DNA from: an uncultured Bacilli bacterium
GTDB lineage: Bacteria > Bacillota_I > Bacilli_A > RF39 > UBA660
Reading direction: 5' to 3'
NCBI GenBank assembly: GCA_947626055.1
Contig: CANQQP010000002.1
Coordinates: forward strand, 1-56,620
Length of the DNA: 56,620 nt
Under the pieces are notes generated by a model, which made no database searches, was not told where the DNA came from, and was given only the letters and a program-made list of their open reading frames with translations. The position numbers and the translations under genes are program-made. Position 1 is the first letter of the stretch; every line of letters begins with the position of its first letter. This document shows positions 8,178-16,473 of the stretch, piece after piece.

Positions 8178-8956
8178 ATCACCTTTGAATAACTATTTTC
8201 GTATTTTTTTATTAATTTAAAACCTATAATATTAATAATAATACTTACTATTAACCAATTAAAAAGTAATAATAAATTAGGAGTAACATTATTAATCAGT
8301 ACATTTCTAGATTCATTAATTAAAGTGGCTATAGGATTAAATAATAAAAGCAATTTATTAAATGGCTGCGGTACTTTAGTACATATATTATAAAAAATAC
8401 CCGAAAAATAAAATACACATTTTAAGACAATATTAATAACATTATGTACATCTGTGTTATAAACCCCTAAATGCATTATTATTAAACTTATTCCAAACGT
8501 TAAAAGATATAAAACAATAAATATAGGTAAAAAATAAAGTATTTTAAAAGAAAAGGTTACTTTAAATAGTATCATAAAAACAAAAATAATTGCTAAAGAA
8601 ATTAAAAACTTAAACAGTATAACAAAAGTGTTAATAATTAATAAAATGTATTTTGGAATATATACTTTGTTAATAATATTACGATTACTTTTAATTAATT
8701 TAGAACTTGAGCTTATTGTACGATTAAAAAAATCCCATAATGTTAAACCAATAAATACAAAAATTGGAAAATTAGGTTCACCGCTTTTAAAGACAATAAT
8801 GACTACGAACATATAAATAAGCATCATAGCTAAAGGATTAATTACCCACCATAAGGAATTTAAATACGAGCCAGCTACTTCACTTTTTAATTTAGATTTA
8901 GTACTATACAATATATATGGAAAATTTTTTTTTATATTTTTAATTACAGTTTTCAT
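8174..8956 (-). CDS. ABC-2 type exporter permease (Wzm/TagG-like)
   Basis: 260-aa polytopic membrane protein, translationally coupled on both sides (TAATG upstream, ATGA downstream) and paired with the Wzt-like ATPase. Confidence 0.85.
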   Translation of the reverse strand: MKTVIKNIKKNFPYILYSTKSKLKSEVAGSYLNSLWWVINPLAMMLIYMFVVIIVFKSGEPNFPIFVFIGLTLWDFFNRTISSSSKLIKSNRNIINKVYIPKYILLIINTFVILFKFLISLAIIFVFMILFKVTFSFKILYFLPIFIVLYLLTFGISLIIMHLGVYNTDVHNVINIVLKCVFYFSGIFYNICTKVPQPFNKLLLLFNPIATLINESRNVLINNVTPNLLLLFNWLIVSIIINIIGFKLIKKYENSYSKVI

Positions 8957-9840
8957 TACTTATCAAATCTCTTTAACCAATTATGAAAATCATATCCATT
9001 AACAATCTTTTTAGCAATTTTTTTATAAGGAGAATTAACAAAATCAGCTAAACTATCTAAATTGTCTTTTCCCAATATAAATATATTTTGGGGATCATAA
9101 AAATCATAGTTGACTACATCAGCATTGGTTGTAATTAATTTTTTTTCAAAAAATATTGATTCCATTGTTCTTAAATCTAATCCCACTTGATGTCCTGCCA
9201 TTACACTTAGAATAGCTTTAGAACGGCCAACCGTTTCTAGATATTTTTCATAAGGTACATAATTTTTTTCTTTTAAAACCACATTAATATCAGTTTTTAA
9301 ACCCATTTTTTGAAATTTAGATTCTAAATCTTTAATCTTTTCTAATCTTCCTTTATCTCTCCCTATAAAAACAATATCATTATCAATTATTGATGTATCG
9401 ATTTTAAAATCTTTAGTATAAAATTGAGTATTAAAAGGAAGATTAAATGTTTTAGAATCATTACGATCAAAAGTCCATATTTCATCTAAATTATTATCTT
9501 TAAACGCCGCTTGGTAATTAGGCTGATCACTGTTCCAAGGTACAATAGCATTCCAAATAAACATAATGATACGAGCTTTAGGATTTTGCTCTTTAATATA
9601 TCTAGTAAATTGAGGATTAAAACTATTTTCTCCTAATATAAACATATCATAATCTTTAACATGTTTTTTCCAACTTCCCCAAAAAAACATACTTTTAGTA
9701 GCTTTTTTTCTTACCCATCTAAATAATTTATTTTTTTCATTTACTAAATAATAATCATGTAAATTAGCATTTTTTATTCTCTTTAAAAAATAAGCTTTAG
9801 TATTATCTTTTAAATAAATATAATTAAATTTCTTTTTCAT
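8956..9840 (-). CDS. Uncharacterised glycan-biosynthesis protein (possible glycosyl- or phosphotransferase)
   Basis: 294 aa with SD GGAGAAG. It is embedded in the glycan operon and coupled to the permease gene. I did not recognise a diagnostic motif. Confidence 0.4.
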   Translation of the reverse strand: MKKKFNYIYLKDNTKAYFLKRIKNANLHDYYLVNEKNKLFRWVRKKATKSMFFWGSWKKHVKDYDMFILGENSFNPQFTRYIKEQNPKARIIMFIWNAIVPWNSDQPNYQAAFKDNNLDEIWTFDRNDSKTFNLPFNTQFYTKDFKIDTSIIDNDIVFIGRDKGRLEKIKDLESKFQKMGLKTDINVVLKEKNYVPYEKYLETVGRSKAILSVMAGHQVGLDLRTMESIFFEKKLITTNADVVNYDFYDPQNIFILGKDNLDSLADFVNSPYKKIAKKIVNGYDFHNWLKRFDK

Positions 9841-9845
9841 ATTTT

Positions 9846-11525
9846 TTACTTCTCCTTACTTATTATATAAATAATTCCGTCTTCTAACAAGCCATACTTT
9901 TCTTCAATAGCTTTATTATTAACTTTAAACTCTTTTACCTTTAATCCATATTTTTCTATTCTATCAGCAAAATCTTTACCATACAATCTAACATGGTCCT
10001 CTTGACAAAACATATTCATTCTTTCTCTTGGATCAGTTATGCTGTTATCTTCAATTGTTTTTTCATTTGAAATACATACTGGTACAGTTAAAATTATCTT
10101 ACCATTAGGTTTTATTACTCTTTTTAATTCATTAAATGCTTTTTTCTCATCAACTATATGTTCTAATACATGATTACATATAATATAATCAAATTTATTA
10201 TCAGGAAAATCAATATTAGTAATATCAATTATCATGTCTCCATTTTTAGGATTAAGATCACCATTATAGTATTTTGTTTTTTTGCTAATTTTACTTCTAA
10301 ATTTTAAGTGATACTTAATTAATCTTTCCGGAGCAAAATGTAGAATTGTACAAGGTTTTTTTAACATATCAGTATATTTTTTGATGTAATAAAAAACTAA
10401 ACGATCTTTATCTTTTGCTCCACAAACTGGACATTGAAATCTTTCTCGATATCCAGCACCAATTATTTTATTATTAATAAAGATTTGATGATCTACCCCC
10501 CCCCCTTTCCATTTTTTGACTTTTGAAAAACATAAATTACACGTATGATTCCAACCAAAATTTTTAATTTTATTTCTCAATATTCTTAAAACCCAAAAAC
10601 GCTTTTTGCTTTTGAAATTATGATCATATATTCTAAACTTAGGATTATCATATAAATTATTGCCTAAAATACCAACATCAATAAATTTAAAATTATTCTT
10701 CCATAAAACATATGGTAGAGTTAATTGATCTCTTTCTGTTTCGCTTTTAATAAAATCTTGATACCAATCATTTAAGATAATTTTAGAATTTTTATTCTTT
10801 AAATCAATTGCTATAACACCAGCTTCAAATAATCCATAATTATAGGGAAAATTTTCCTCTTTAAATTCTTTAACTAATTGCTTAATATTTTTTTTATTAC
10901 CTTTGTTTAATTTAATGCATGCTTTAGCTTCTTCGTAAACATCATTTCTTTTAGAGTGGTCATGCATAGCTAAGCCAGTTTTATCATTTATATATCCAAA
11001 ACATTCCTCAATATTTGAAATAACTCTAACATTCCCATCTACATATAAAGCTAAATCATATTCTTTAAATAATTCATGCGGATGCATTTTAATATATCTA
11101 TTAATTAAAATCGGATTATTATTACATTTCTTTTTAATCTTTTCACTTATTTCTTTATATTGCCAACAACTTGTTTCTTTAATTATATTAGGATCATCCG
11201 AAAACACAAAATAATCAGTATTTTTAGTTCTTAAAAGAGGAGATCTCAATTTATCATATTTATTCATAATACAAGTATATACTACTTTATTACCCCGTTT
11301 TAAATTATAAGTATTCTTTAAAATTGTTGATATTTTATTTGCTTTATTAAATTTATTGTATATATAAGTTTTAAATGCAAAATATAATCTTTTGAATGCT
11401 AAATTTTTTACCAATATTTTAAACTTTCTTTTTCGGTTATTTTTTAGATAAATTTTTGAGTGTGTAAAATTTAAATATTCTTTATTTAATTCTTCAATAG
11501 CCTGTATATATTTTTTCTCATTCAT
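9846..11525 (-). CDS. DUF616-family putative glycosyltransferase fused to a zinc-ribbon and class I SAM methyltransferase
   Basis: The N-terminal ~330 aa are paralogous to the genes at 12220-13179 and 15503-16465 (NRYIKMHPHELF..LALYVDG...H..KR.D.YEEA.AC...RDQL). Then come CNLC...CPVC and an MT core (ICNHVLEHIVD, KPNGKIILTVP). The ORF-track start at 11534 is a GTG inside the SD AGGTGA, and the ATG at 11525 matches the paralog N-termini. Confidence 0.75.
   Translation of the reverse strand: MNEKKYIQAIEELNKEYLNFTHSKIYLKNNRKRKFKILVKNLAFKRLYFAFKTYIYNKFNKANKISTILKNTYNLKRGNKVVYTCIMNKYDKLRSPLLRTKNTDYFVFSDDPNIIKETSCWQYKEISEKIKKKCNNNPILINRYIKMHPHELFKEYDLALYVDGNVRVISNIEECFGYINDKTGLAMHDHSKRNDVYEEAKACIKLNKGNKKNIKQLVKEFKEENFPYNYGLFEAGVIAIDLKNKNSKIILNDWYQDFIKSETERDQLTLPYVLWKNNFKFIDVGILGNNLYDNPKFRIYDHNFKSKKRFWVLRILRNKIKNFGWNHTCNLCFSKVKKWKGGGVDHQIFINNKIIGAGYRERFQCPVCGAKDKDRLVFYYIKKYTDMLKKPCTILHFAPERLIKYHLKFRSKISKKTKYYNGDLNPKNGDMIIDITNIDFPDNKFDYIICNHVLEHIVDEKKAFNELKRVIKPNGKIILTVPVCISNEKTIEDNSITDPRERMNMFCQEDHVRLYGKDFADRIEKYGLKVKEFKVNNKAIEEKYGLLEDGIIYIISKEK
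10496..10505 (-). repeat. Poly-G tract (G10 on the coding strand) inside the GT-MT fusion gene
   Basis: C10 on the + strand encodes the GGG of KKWKGGGVDHQ. G9 creates an immediate TAG, and G11 gives a stop 7 codons later. Confidence 0.95.
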
Positions 11526-11530
11526 AATAA

Positions 11531-12226
11531 TCACCTTCTATTTGAAATTTTTTTATTTAAAATAATATAATTAGAAGTCAAACCTAATATTTTAATTTTT
11601 TTAAAACAGATAGCATCACTTAAATTTATTATATCTTTTTTACTTAGTAAATTTAAATTATTAATATTAGACCAAAAATCTTTTTTTAAAATTTTTAAAA
11701 TCTTTTGAAATAATTTCCAAGGCAACCAATGTAATAATGGAATAAAAGTATGCATTTCCAAAGGAAAGTAGCGATTTGGAGTAGTTATAAATATTTCTTT
11801 AGAAACTCTTAAACACTCTTCTAAAAAAAATTTTTGATCTTCTCTTGTTCCTACGTGTTCTAATACTGCAGAACAAAATAATTTATCAAATTGTTTATCT
11901 TTAAAAGGCAATGGTTGATGTGACTTAATTTTTACAAACGACTTTAATTTAAATTTTTTTATCATAAATTCACAATCTTCTATAGAAGCTATTGCTATTT
12001 TATATTTATATGGATACATTTTTTCAAAAAAGTTAGAATCTGCAAGACTTGTATCTGGTGTTACACCTAAATCCAAAATTTCATCTTTATTTGTTGGCTG
12101 ACAAATCTCAATAAATTTTTTAAACATTTTCTTTCTAACTTTTAAAGAAAAATATGTTTTGATTTTTAAAAAATGACTTTTATACCCAAAATAATCTATT
12201 GCTTCAGATTCTTTTTCTTTTAACAT
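11531..12226 (-). CDS. Class I SAM-dependent methyltransferase
   Basis: 231 aa with ILDLGVTPD (motif I-like), FDKLFCSAVLEHV and EIFITTPNR. It overlaps both neighbouring genes. Confidence 0.8.
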   Translation of the reverse strand: MLKEKESEAIDYFGYKSHFLKIKTYFSLKVRKKMFKKFIEICQPTNKDEILDLGVTPDTSLADSNFFEKMYPYKYKIAIASIEDCEFMIKKFKLKSFVKIKSHQPLPFKDKQFDKLFCSAVLEHVGTREDQKFFLEECLRVSKEIFITTPNRYFPLEMHTFIPLLHWLPWKLFQKILKILKKDFWSNINNLNLLSKKDIINLSDAICFKKIKILGLTSNYIILNKKISNRR

Positions 12227-13179
12227 TTATCTCTCCCCCGTTTTATTTTGTCATAGTGGTGAACATTTCTTCTAAATTTAGGATTGCTAGCCAAATTAAT
12301 ACCTAACACTCCCATATCCTCATAAGCATTATAATTCAATTTCCATAAAATATAAGTTAAAGACAGTTGGTCCCTACCTGTACCATTATCTATAAAGTGT
12401 CTCCACCAGCTATCCATTATTTTTTGAGTGTTTTGGTTTTTTAAATCAATTGCTATGACAGTAGCTTCAAATAATCCGCTATTATAAGGAAATTTCTCCT
12501 GTTTATATTTATTAATCAATTTTTTTATATTTTTAGCATTTCCCATAGATGCTTTTAAACAGGCCTCTGCTTCTTCATATATATTATTTCTTTTTGGATG
12601 CAAATGCATAGCAAGCCCTGTTTTATCATTTATTTTATAAAATAAACTTGATATATCTGACATAATTCGTACACTGCCATCAATATACAAGGCCAAATCG
12701 AAATCAGGAAATAATTCATGTGGATGCATTTTAATATATCTATTGATTAAAGTATAATTATTATTACATTTTTTCTTTATTATTTCTGGTATTTTTCGAT
12801 ATTCCCATAAATTAGTATCATTGGTGATATTCATATTATCTGAAAAAACAATATACGACGTATTTTCCGTATCTATCAAAGGACTATATAAAGTATCATA
12901 ATTATTTAAAATACATGTATAAACTACTCTTTTTCCCGTTTTCTTTTTATCTATTTCTTTGTAAGTTACTTCATAATTTTCTTTTATTCTTAAAATCCTA
13001 TGAGCTTTTAATTTTAAAGATTTTAGCTTGGTTTGTAAAGCTAATTTATAACGACCAGATTTAATTAATTTACGAATTAATATTCTATCTCTATATTTTT
13101 TATAATAAGGTGTATTATATAATTGTTTTATTTCTGTGTTTAAACTTTCAATAATATCAATATATTCTTCTTTTTTCAT
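12220..13179 (-). CDS. DUF616-family putative glycosyltransferase (paralog 2)
   Basis: 319 aa with the same conserved blocks as the other two paralogs, which also match plant/bacterial DUF616 proteins (R..K..PH.LFP, DG, H..R....EEA.A, RDQLS). SD AAGGGGA lies upstream. Confidence 0.75.
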   Translation of the reverse strand: MKKEEYIDIIESLNTEIKQLYNTPYYKKYRDRILIRKLIKSGRYKLALQTKLKSLKLKAHRILRIKENYEVTYKEIDKKKTGKRVVYTCILNNYDTLYSPLIDTENTSYIVFSDNMNITNDTNLWEYRKIPEIIKKKCNNNYTLINRYIKMHPHELFPDFDLALYIDGSVRIMSDISSLFYKINDKTGLAMHLHPKRNNIYEEAEACLKASMGNAKNIKKLINKYKQEKFPYNSGLFEATVIAIDLKNQNTQKIMDSWWRHFIDNGTGRDQLSLTYILWKLNYNAYEDMGVLGINLASNPKFRRNVHHYDKIKRGRDKC

Positions 13180-13199
13180 ATAATCCCCTTTTTTATTTT

Positions 13200-14171
13200 T
13201 TAATTATTTTTATACCATTTTAAAGTTTCTTCAAGACCTTTGGCAAAGTTATATTGTGGATTATAATTTAAATATTTCCTTGCCTTTGTTATATCTGCCT
13301 TACTACATTTAATATCTCCCCGGCGGGGGGATGCAAAAATGGGTTCTATATTTTTATTTAAATATTTACTGATTGAATTATAAATATCAATTAGTTGCGT
13401 TTCATCACCTAATGCAATATTAAAAACATTCCCCGCTATTTCATGTGAAGCCAAACAAGCTTTTAGATTTGCCTCAACTACATTCTGTACATAAGTAAAA
13501 TCACGACTTTGAGTCCCATCACCATTAATCGTTGGTCTTTCATTATTTATTAATTGTTTAATAAATTTAGGAATCACAGCAGCATAAGTACTATCAGGAT
13601 CCTGTCTTTTTCCAAATACATTAAAATAACGTAAACCATAGGTATCTAAGCCATAATGCATAGCATATTGTTTTGCCCATTGTTCATTATTCTTTTTTGT
13701 AACTGCATAGATAGACAAAGCTTCTCCCTCATATCCTTCTTTTTGGGGAAATACTTTACTATCACCATAAACTGAGGAACTAGAAGCATAAACAAATTTT
13801 TTAACATGGCAATGACGAGCAGCCTCCAACATGTTTACAGTACCTCCAATATTATTTTCACAGTAGAATTGTGGCATTTCCAATGAACGAGGTACGCTGC
13901 CCCAAGCAGCTTGATGCAATACATAATCTACAGATTCACAGGCTTTTAAACATGTTTCATAATCTTTAATGTCCCCTTTAATAAATTCATAATTTGGATT
14001 AGAAAGAAACATATCAACATTTTCTTGTTTTCCAGTTGACAAATCATCTAAACAACGCACTTTATAACCCATATCTAAAATAGCTTCACACAGATTTGAA
14101 CCTATAAAACCAGCACCCCCAGTCACTAAAAACAAAGAATCTTTAGAAAATTTTAAATCTTTTTCCTTCAT
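13200..14171 (-). CDS. NAD-dependent nucleotide-sugar epimerase (TviC/WbpP-like extended SDR)
   Basis: Carries VTGGAGFIGSNL, YASSSSVYG, YAVTKK and LRYFNVFGKRQDPDSTYAAVIPKF. The ATG at 14171 is preceded by GGAGG. The ORF-track extension to 14237 is read-through of the upstream gene's alternative frame. Confidence 0.8.
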   Translation of the reverse strand: MKEKDLKFSKDSLFLVTGGAGFIGSNLCEAILDMGYKVRCLDDLSTGKQENVDMFLSNPNYEFIKGDIKDYETCLKACESVDYVLHQAAWGSVPRSLEMPQFYCENNIGGTVNMLEAARHCHVKKFVYASSSSVYGDSKVFPQKEGYEGEALSIYAVTKKNNEQWAKQYAMHYGLDTYGLRYFNVFGKRQDPDSTYAAVIPKFIKQLINNERPTINGDGTQSRDFTYVQNVVEANLKACLASHEIAGNVFNIALGDETQLIDIYNSISKYLNKNIEPIFASPRRGDIKCSKADITKARKYLNYNPQYNFAKGLEETLKWYKNN

Positions 14172-15435
14172 TATAGCCTCCAATAAATATACCCCCCCCC
14201 TCTTCATATTTTGCTTTATTATATATCCCACAAACATCTAATAATATTTTTTGAGATGAATTGAAAAATTTATCCATATCTTTTATCTGCAATTTTTTAT
14301 ATTCATTATGAGCCACTGCCACTATTAAGGCATCAATATTTTTTAAATCTTTAATATTTGTTAATGTAACATCATAACTTCTTTTCACTTCATCAGGATT
14401 AGCTTTTGGGTCAGCGACCAATACTTTTATACCATATGATTTTAACTCTTTTTCTATATCAAAGACTTTACTATTACGTATATCATCACAATTTTCTTTA
14501 AATGTGCATCCTAAAATTGCTACTTTAGTCTCATTAATTTTCTTAGAACTCTTAGTTAATTTTTCGATACAAATATCAGTTATAAACTTACTCATTTTAT
14601 TATTTACTTTTCGACTAGTTAAAAGTAATGAGCTATTAATTCCTACTTTTTTAGCTTTAAAAATCAGATAATATGGATCAACACTGATGCAATGGCCTCC
14701 TACTAATCCAGGTTTAAAGTTTAAAAAATTCCATTTCGTACTGGCAGCAGCGAGAACTTCTTTTGTATCTATATTTAATTTATTAAATATAATGGAAATT
14801 TCATTCATAAATGCAATATTAATATCTCTTTGACAATTTTCAATCACTTTAGCAGCTTCAGCCACTTTTATACTAGGAGCTTTATATATATCAGCTAAAA
14901 TTGCTAAAGAATAAATTTTCGCTATTTCATTTGTTGTATTTCTATCGATACCCGCTACAACTTTTGTAATATTTTTAAATTGATGTTTTTTATCAGCAAC
15001 ATTTATGCGTTCTGGGGAATAACCAACCTTAAAGTCTTTACCACATTTCAAACCAGAAACATACTCCAATATGGGAATACAAATATCTTCGGTTACACCA
15101 GGATAAACCGTAGACTCATAAACAACGATACTTCCCTTTTGCAAATTTCGTCCTACAGTCTCAGTAGCTTGTTTTACTAGATTAAGGTTAGGCTCATTAT
15201 TTGTAAATATAGGAGTAGGCACAGCAATTATATAAAACATAGCTTCACGTAATTTATGAGGGTTAGTAGTAAATTCTAAACCTTTCTTGTTTTTTTTCAT
15301 CTTTTTTTCTGATATATCAAAGCCAATAACATTTACTTTTTTAGCAAAAGCTAAAGCAATAGGTAATCCTGTATAACCAAGACCCACCACTGCTAATTTT
15401 ATCTTTTTATTTATTAAATTTGAATATAACTGCAT
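14143..15435 (-). CDS. UDP-N-acetyl-hexosamine 6-dehydrogenase (TviB/WecC/Cap5O-like nucleotide-sugar dehydrogenase)
   Basis: 430 aa with N-terminal Rossmann motif AVVGLGYTGLP, a catalytic-Cys region GGHCISVDPYY and a C-terminal UDP-binding domain. The 3' end runs through a G9 tract and overlaps the epimerase start by 29 nt. Confidence 0.85.
   Translation of the reverse strand: MQLYSNLINKKIKLAVVGLGYTGLPIALAFAKKVNVIGFDISEKKMKKNKKGLEFTTNPHKLREAMFYIIAVPTPIFTNNEPNLNLVKQATETVGRNLQKGSIVVYESTVYPGVTEDICIPILEYVSGLKCGKDFKVGYSPERINVADKKHQFKNITKVVAGIDRNTTNEIAKIYSLAILADIYKAPSIKVAEAAKVIENCQRDINIAFMNEISIIFNKLNIDTKEVLAAASTKWNFLNFKPGLVGGHCISVDPYYLIFKAKKVGINSSLLLTSRKVNNKMSKFITDICIEKLTKSSKKINETKVAILGCTFKENCDDIRNSKVFDIEKELKSYGIKVLVADPKANPDEVKRSYDVTLTNIKDLKNIDALIVAVAHNEYKKLQIKDMDKFFNSSQKILLDVCGIYNKAKYEEGGGIFIGGYNEGKRFKIF
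14192..14200 (-). repeat. Poly-G tract (G9 on the coding strand) at the dehydrogenase/epimerase junction
   Basis: C9 on the + strand. G10 would end the dehydrogenase at a TAA overlapping the epimerase ATG (TAATG). G8 would fuse the two ORFs in frame. Confidence 0.95.
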
Positions 15436-15502
15436 ATATAACCTCTCCTATTACTAATTTTTATTAGTATATAATTTATAAAAAAATAAATCAAATTTAG
15501 TA

Positions 15503-16465
15503 TCATTTTTTATACCTAGTGATTTTGGTATTGTAATTATGAATATTTCGACGAAATTTATGGTTATCATTTAAATTGCTACCTAAAACACCCATATCAG
15601 AAGCTTTATAATTTAATTTCCATAAAATATAAGTTAAAGACAATTGATCTCTTCCTGTTTCACTTTCAATAAAATGTTGATACCAATAATTTAATATGTT
15701 TTTAGAATTTTTATTTTTTAAATCAATTGCTATAATACCAGCTTCAAATAATCCATAGTTATGTGGAAAACCCTCCTGCTTATATTTTTGAATTAATTTC
15801 TTAATATTTTTTTTATTTCCCAAAGATTGTCTTATACAAGCCTTTGCCTCTTCATAAATATCTTCTCTTTTGGGATGCAAATGCATAGCTAACCCCGTTT
15901 TATCATTAATTTTTGTAAATAAAGATGAAATATCCGAAATAACTCTCATACTTCCATCTACATATAAAGCTAAATCATATTCTTTAAATAATTCATGCGG
16001 ATGCATTTTAATATATCTATTAATTAAAATTGGATTATTATTACATTTCTTTTTTATATACAAAGGTATTGCCTTATATTTCCAACACTTTAAATTTTTA
16101 GTAATATCTTTATTATCTGAAAAAACTATATAACTAGTATTTTCTGTTTCTAAAAGGGGAGTGTATAGTGAGTCGTAATTATTCAAAATACATGTATATA
16201 AAACCTTTTTACCTGCTATTTTTTTATTGGTTTCGTTGTAAGTTGTTTCAGAAATTCTTTTATTTTCTTTTTTAATTAAAAACCTATTTAATTTAGTTTT
16301 TAAATAATTCAATTTTGTTCTAAACGCTAATTTATAACGCCCTGTTTTTATTAGTTTCCGAATTAGAATTTTATCTCTATGTTTTTTATAATAGGGCAAG
16401 CTATATAACTGTTTTAAATCTTGGTTTAACTCTTCTATCGCCTTGATATACTCTTCTTTGTCCAT
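15503..16465 (-). CDS. DUF616-family putative glycosyltransferase (paralog 3)
   Basis: 320 aa. Its N-terminus is nearly superimposable on paralog 2 (M.KEEYI..IE.LN...KQLY..PYYKK.RD.ILIRKLIK.GRYKLA). It shares a ~100-nt near-identical tract with paralog 1. Confidence 0.75.
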   Translation of the reverse strand: MDKEEYIKAIEELNQDLKQLYSLPYYKKHRDKILIRKLIKTGRYKLAFRTKLNYLKTKLNRFLIKKENKRISETTYNETNKKIAGKKVLYTCILNNYDSLYTPLLETENTSYIVFSDNKDITKNLKCWKYKAIPLYIKKKCNNNPILINRYIKMHPHELFKEYDLALYVDGSMRVISDISSLFTKINDKTGLAMHLHPKREDIYEEAKACIRQSLGNKKNIKKLIQKYKQEGFPHNYGLFEAGIIAIDLKNKNSKNILNYWYQHFIESETGRDQLSLTYILWKLNYKASDMGVLGSNLNDNHKFRRNIHNYNTKITRYKK

Positions 16466-16473
16466 ATATACAC

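Noticed and set aside
13316-13330. Shorter G/C runs (G6 on the + strand at 13325-13330 in the epimerase gene; C6 at 43000-43005 in pth)
   Set aside because: Both are six nucleotides long and encode conserved residues (PRRGD; AGGHNG). That is below the length at which slippage is usually significant, so they are not treated as contingency tracts.
14172-14237. N-terminal extension of the epimerase ORF (MFVGYIIKQNMKRGGVYLLEAI)
   Set aside because: It is the -1 frame of the dehydrogenase 3' end running through the poly-G tract. The epimerase has a GGAGG SD and an ATG at 14171.
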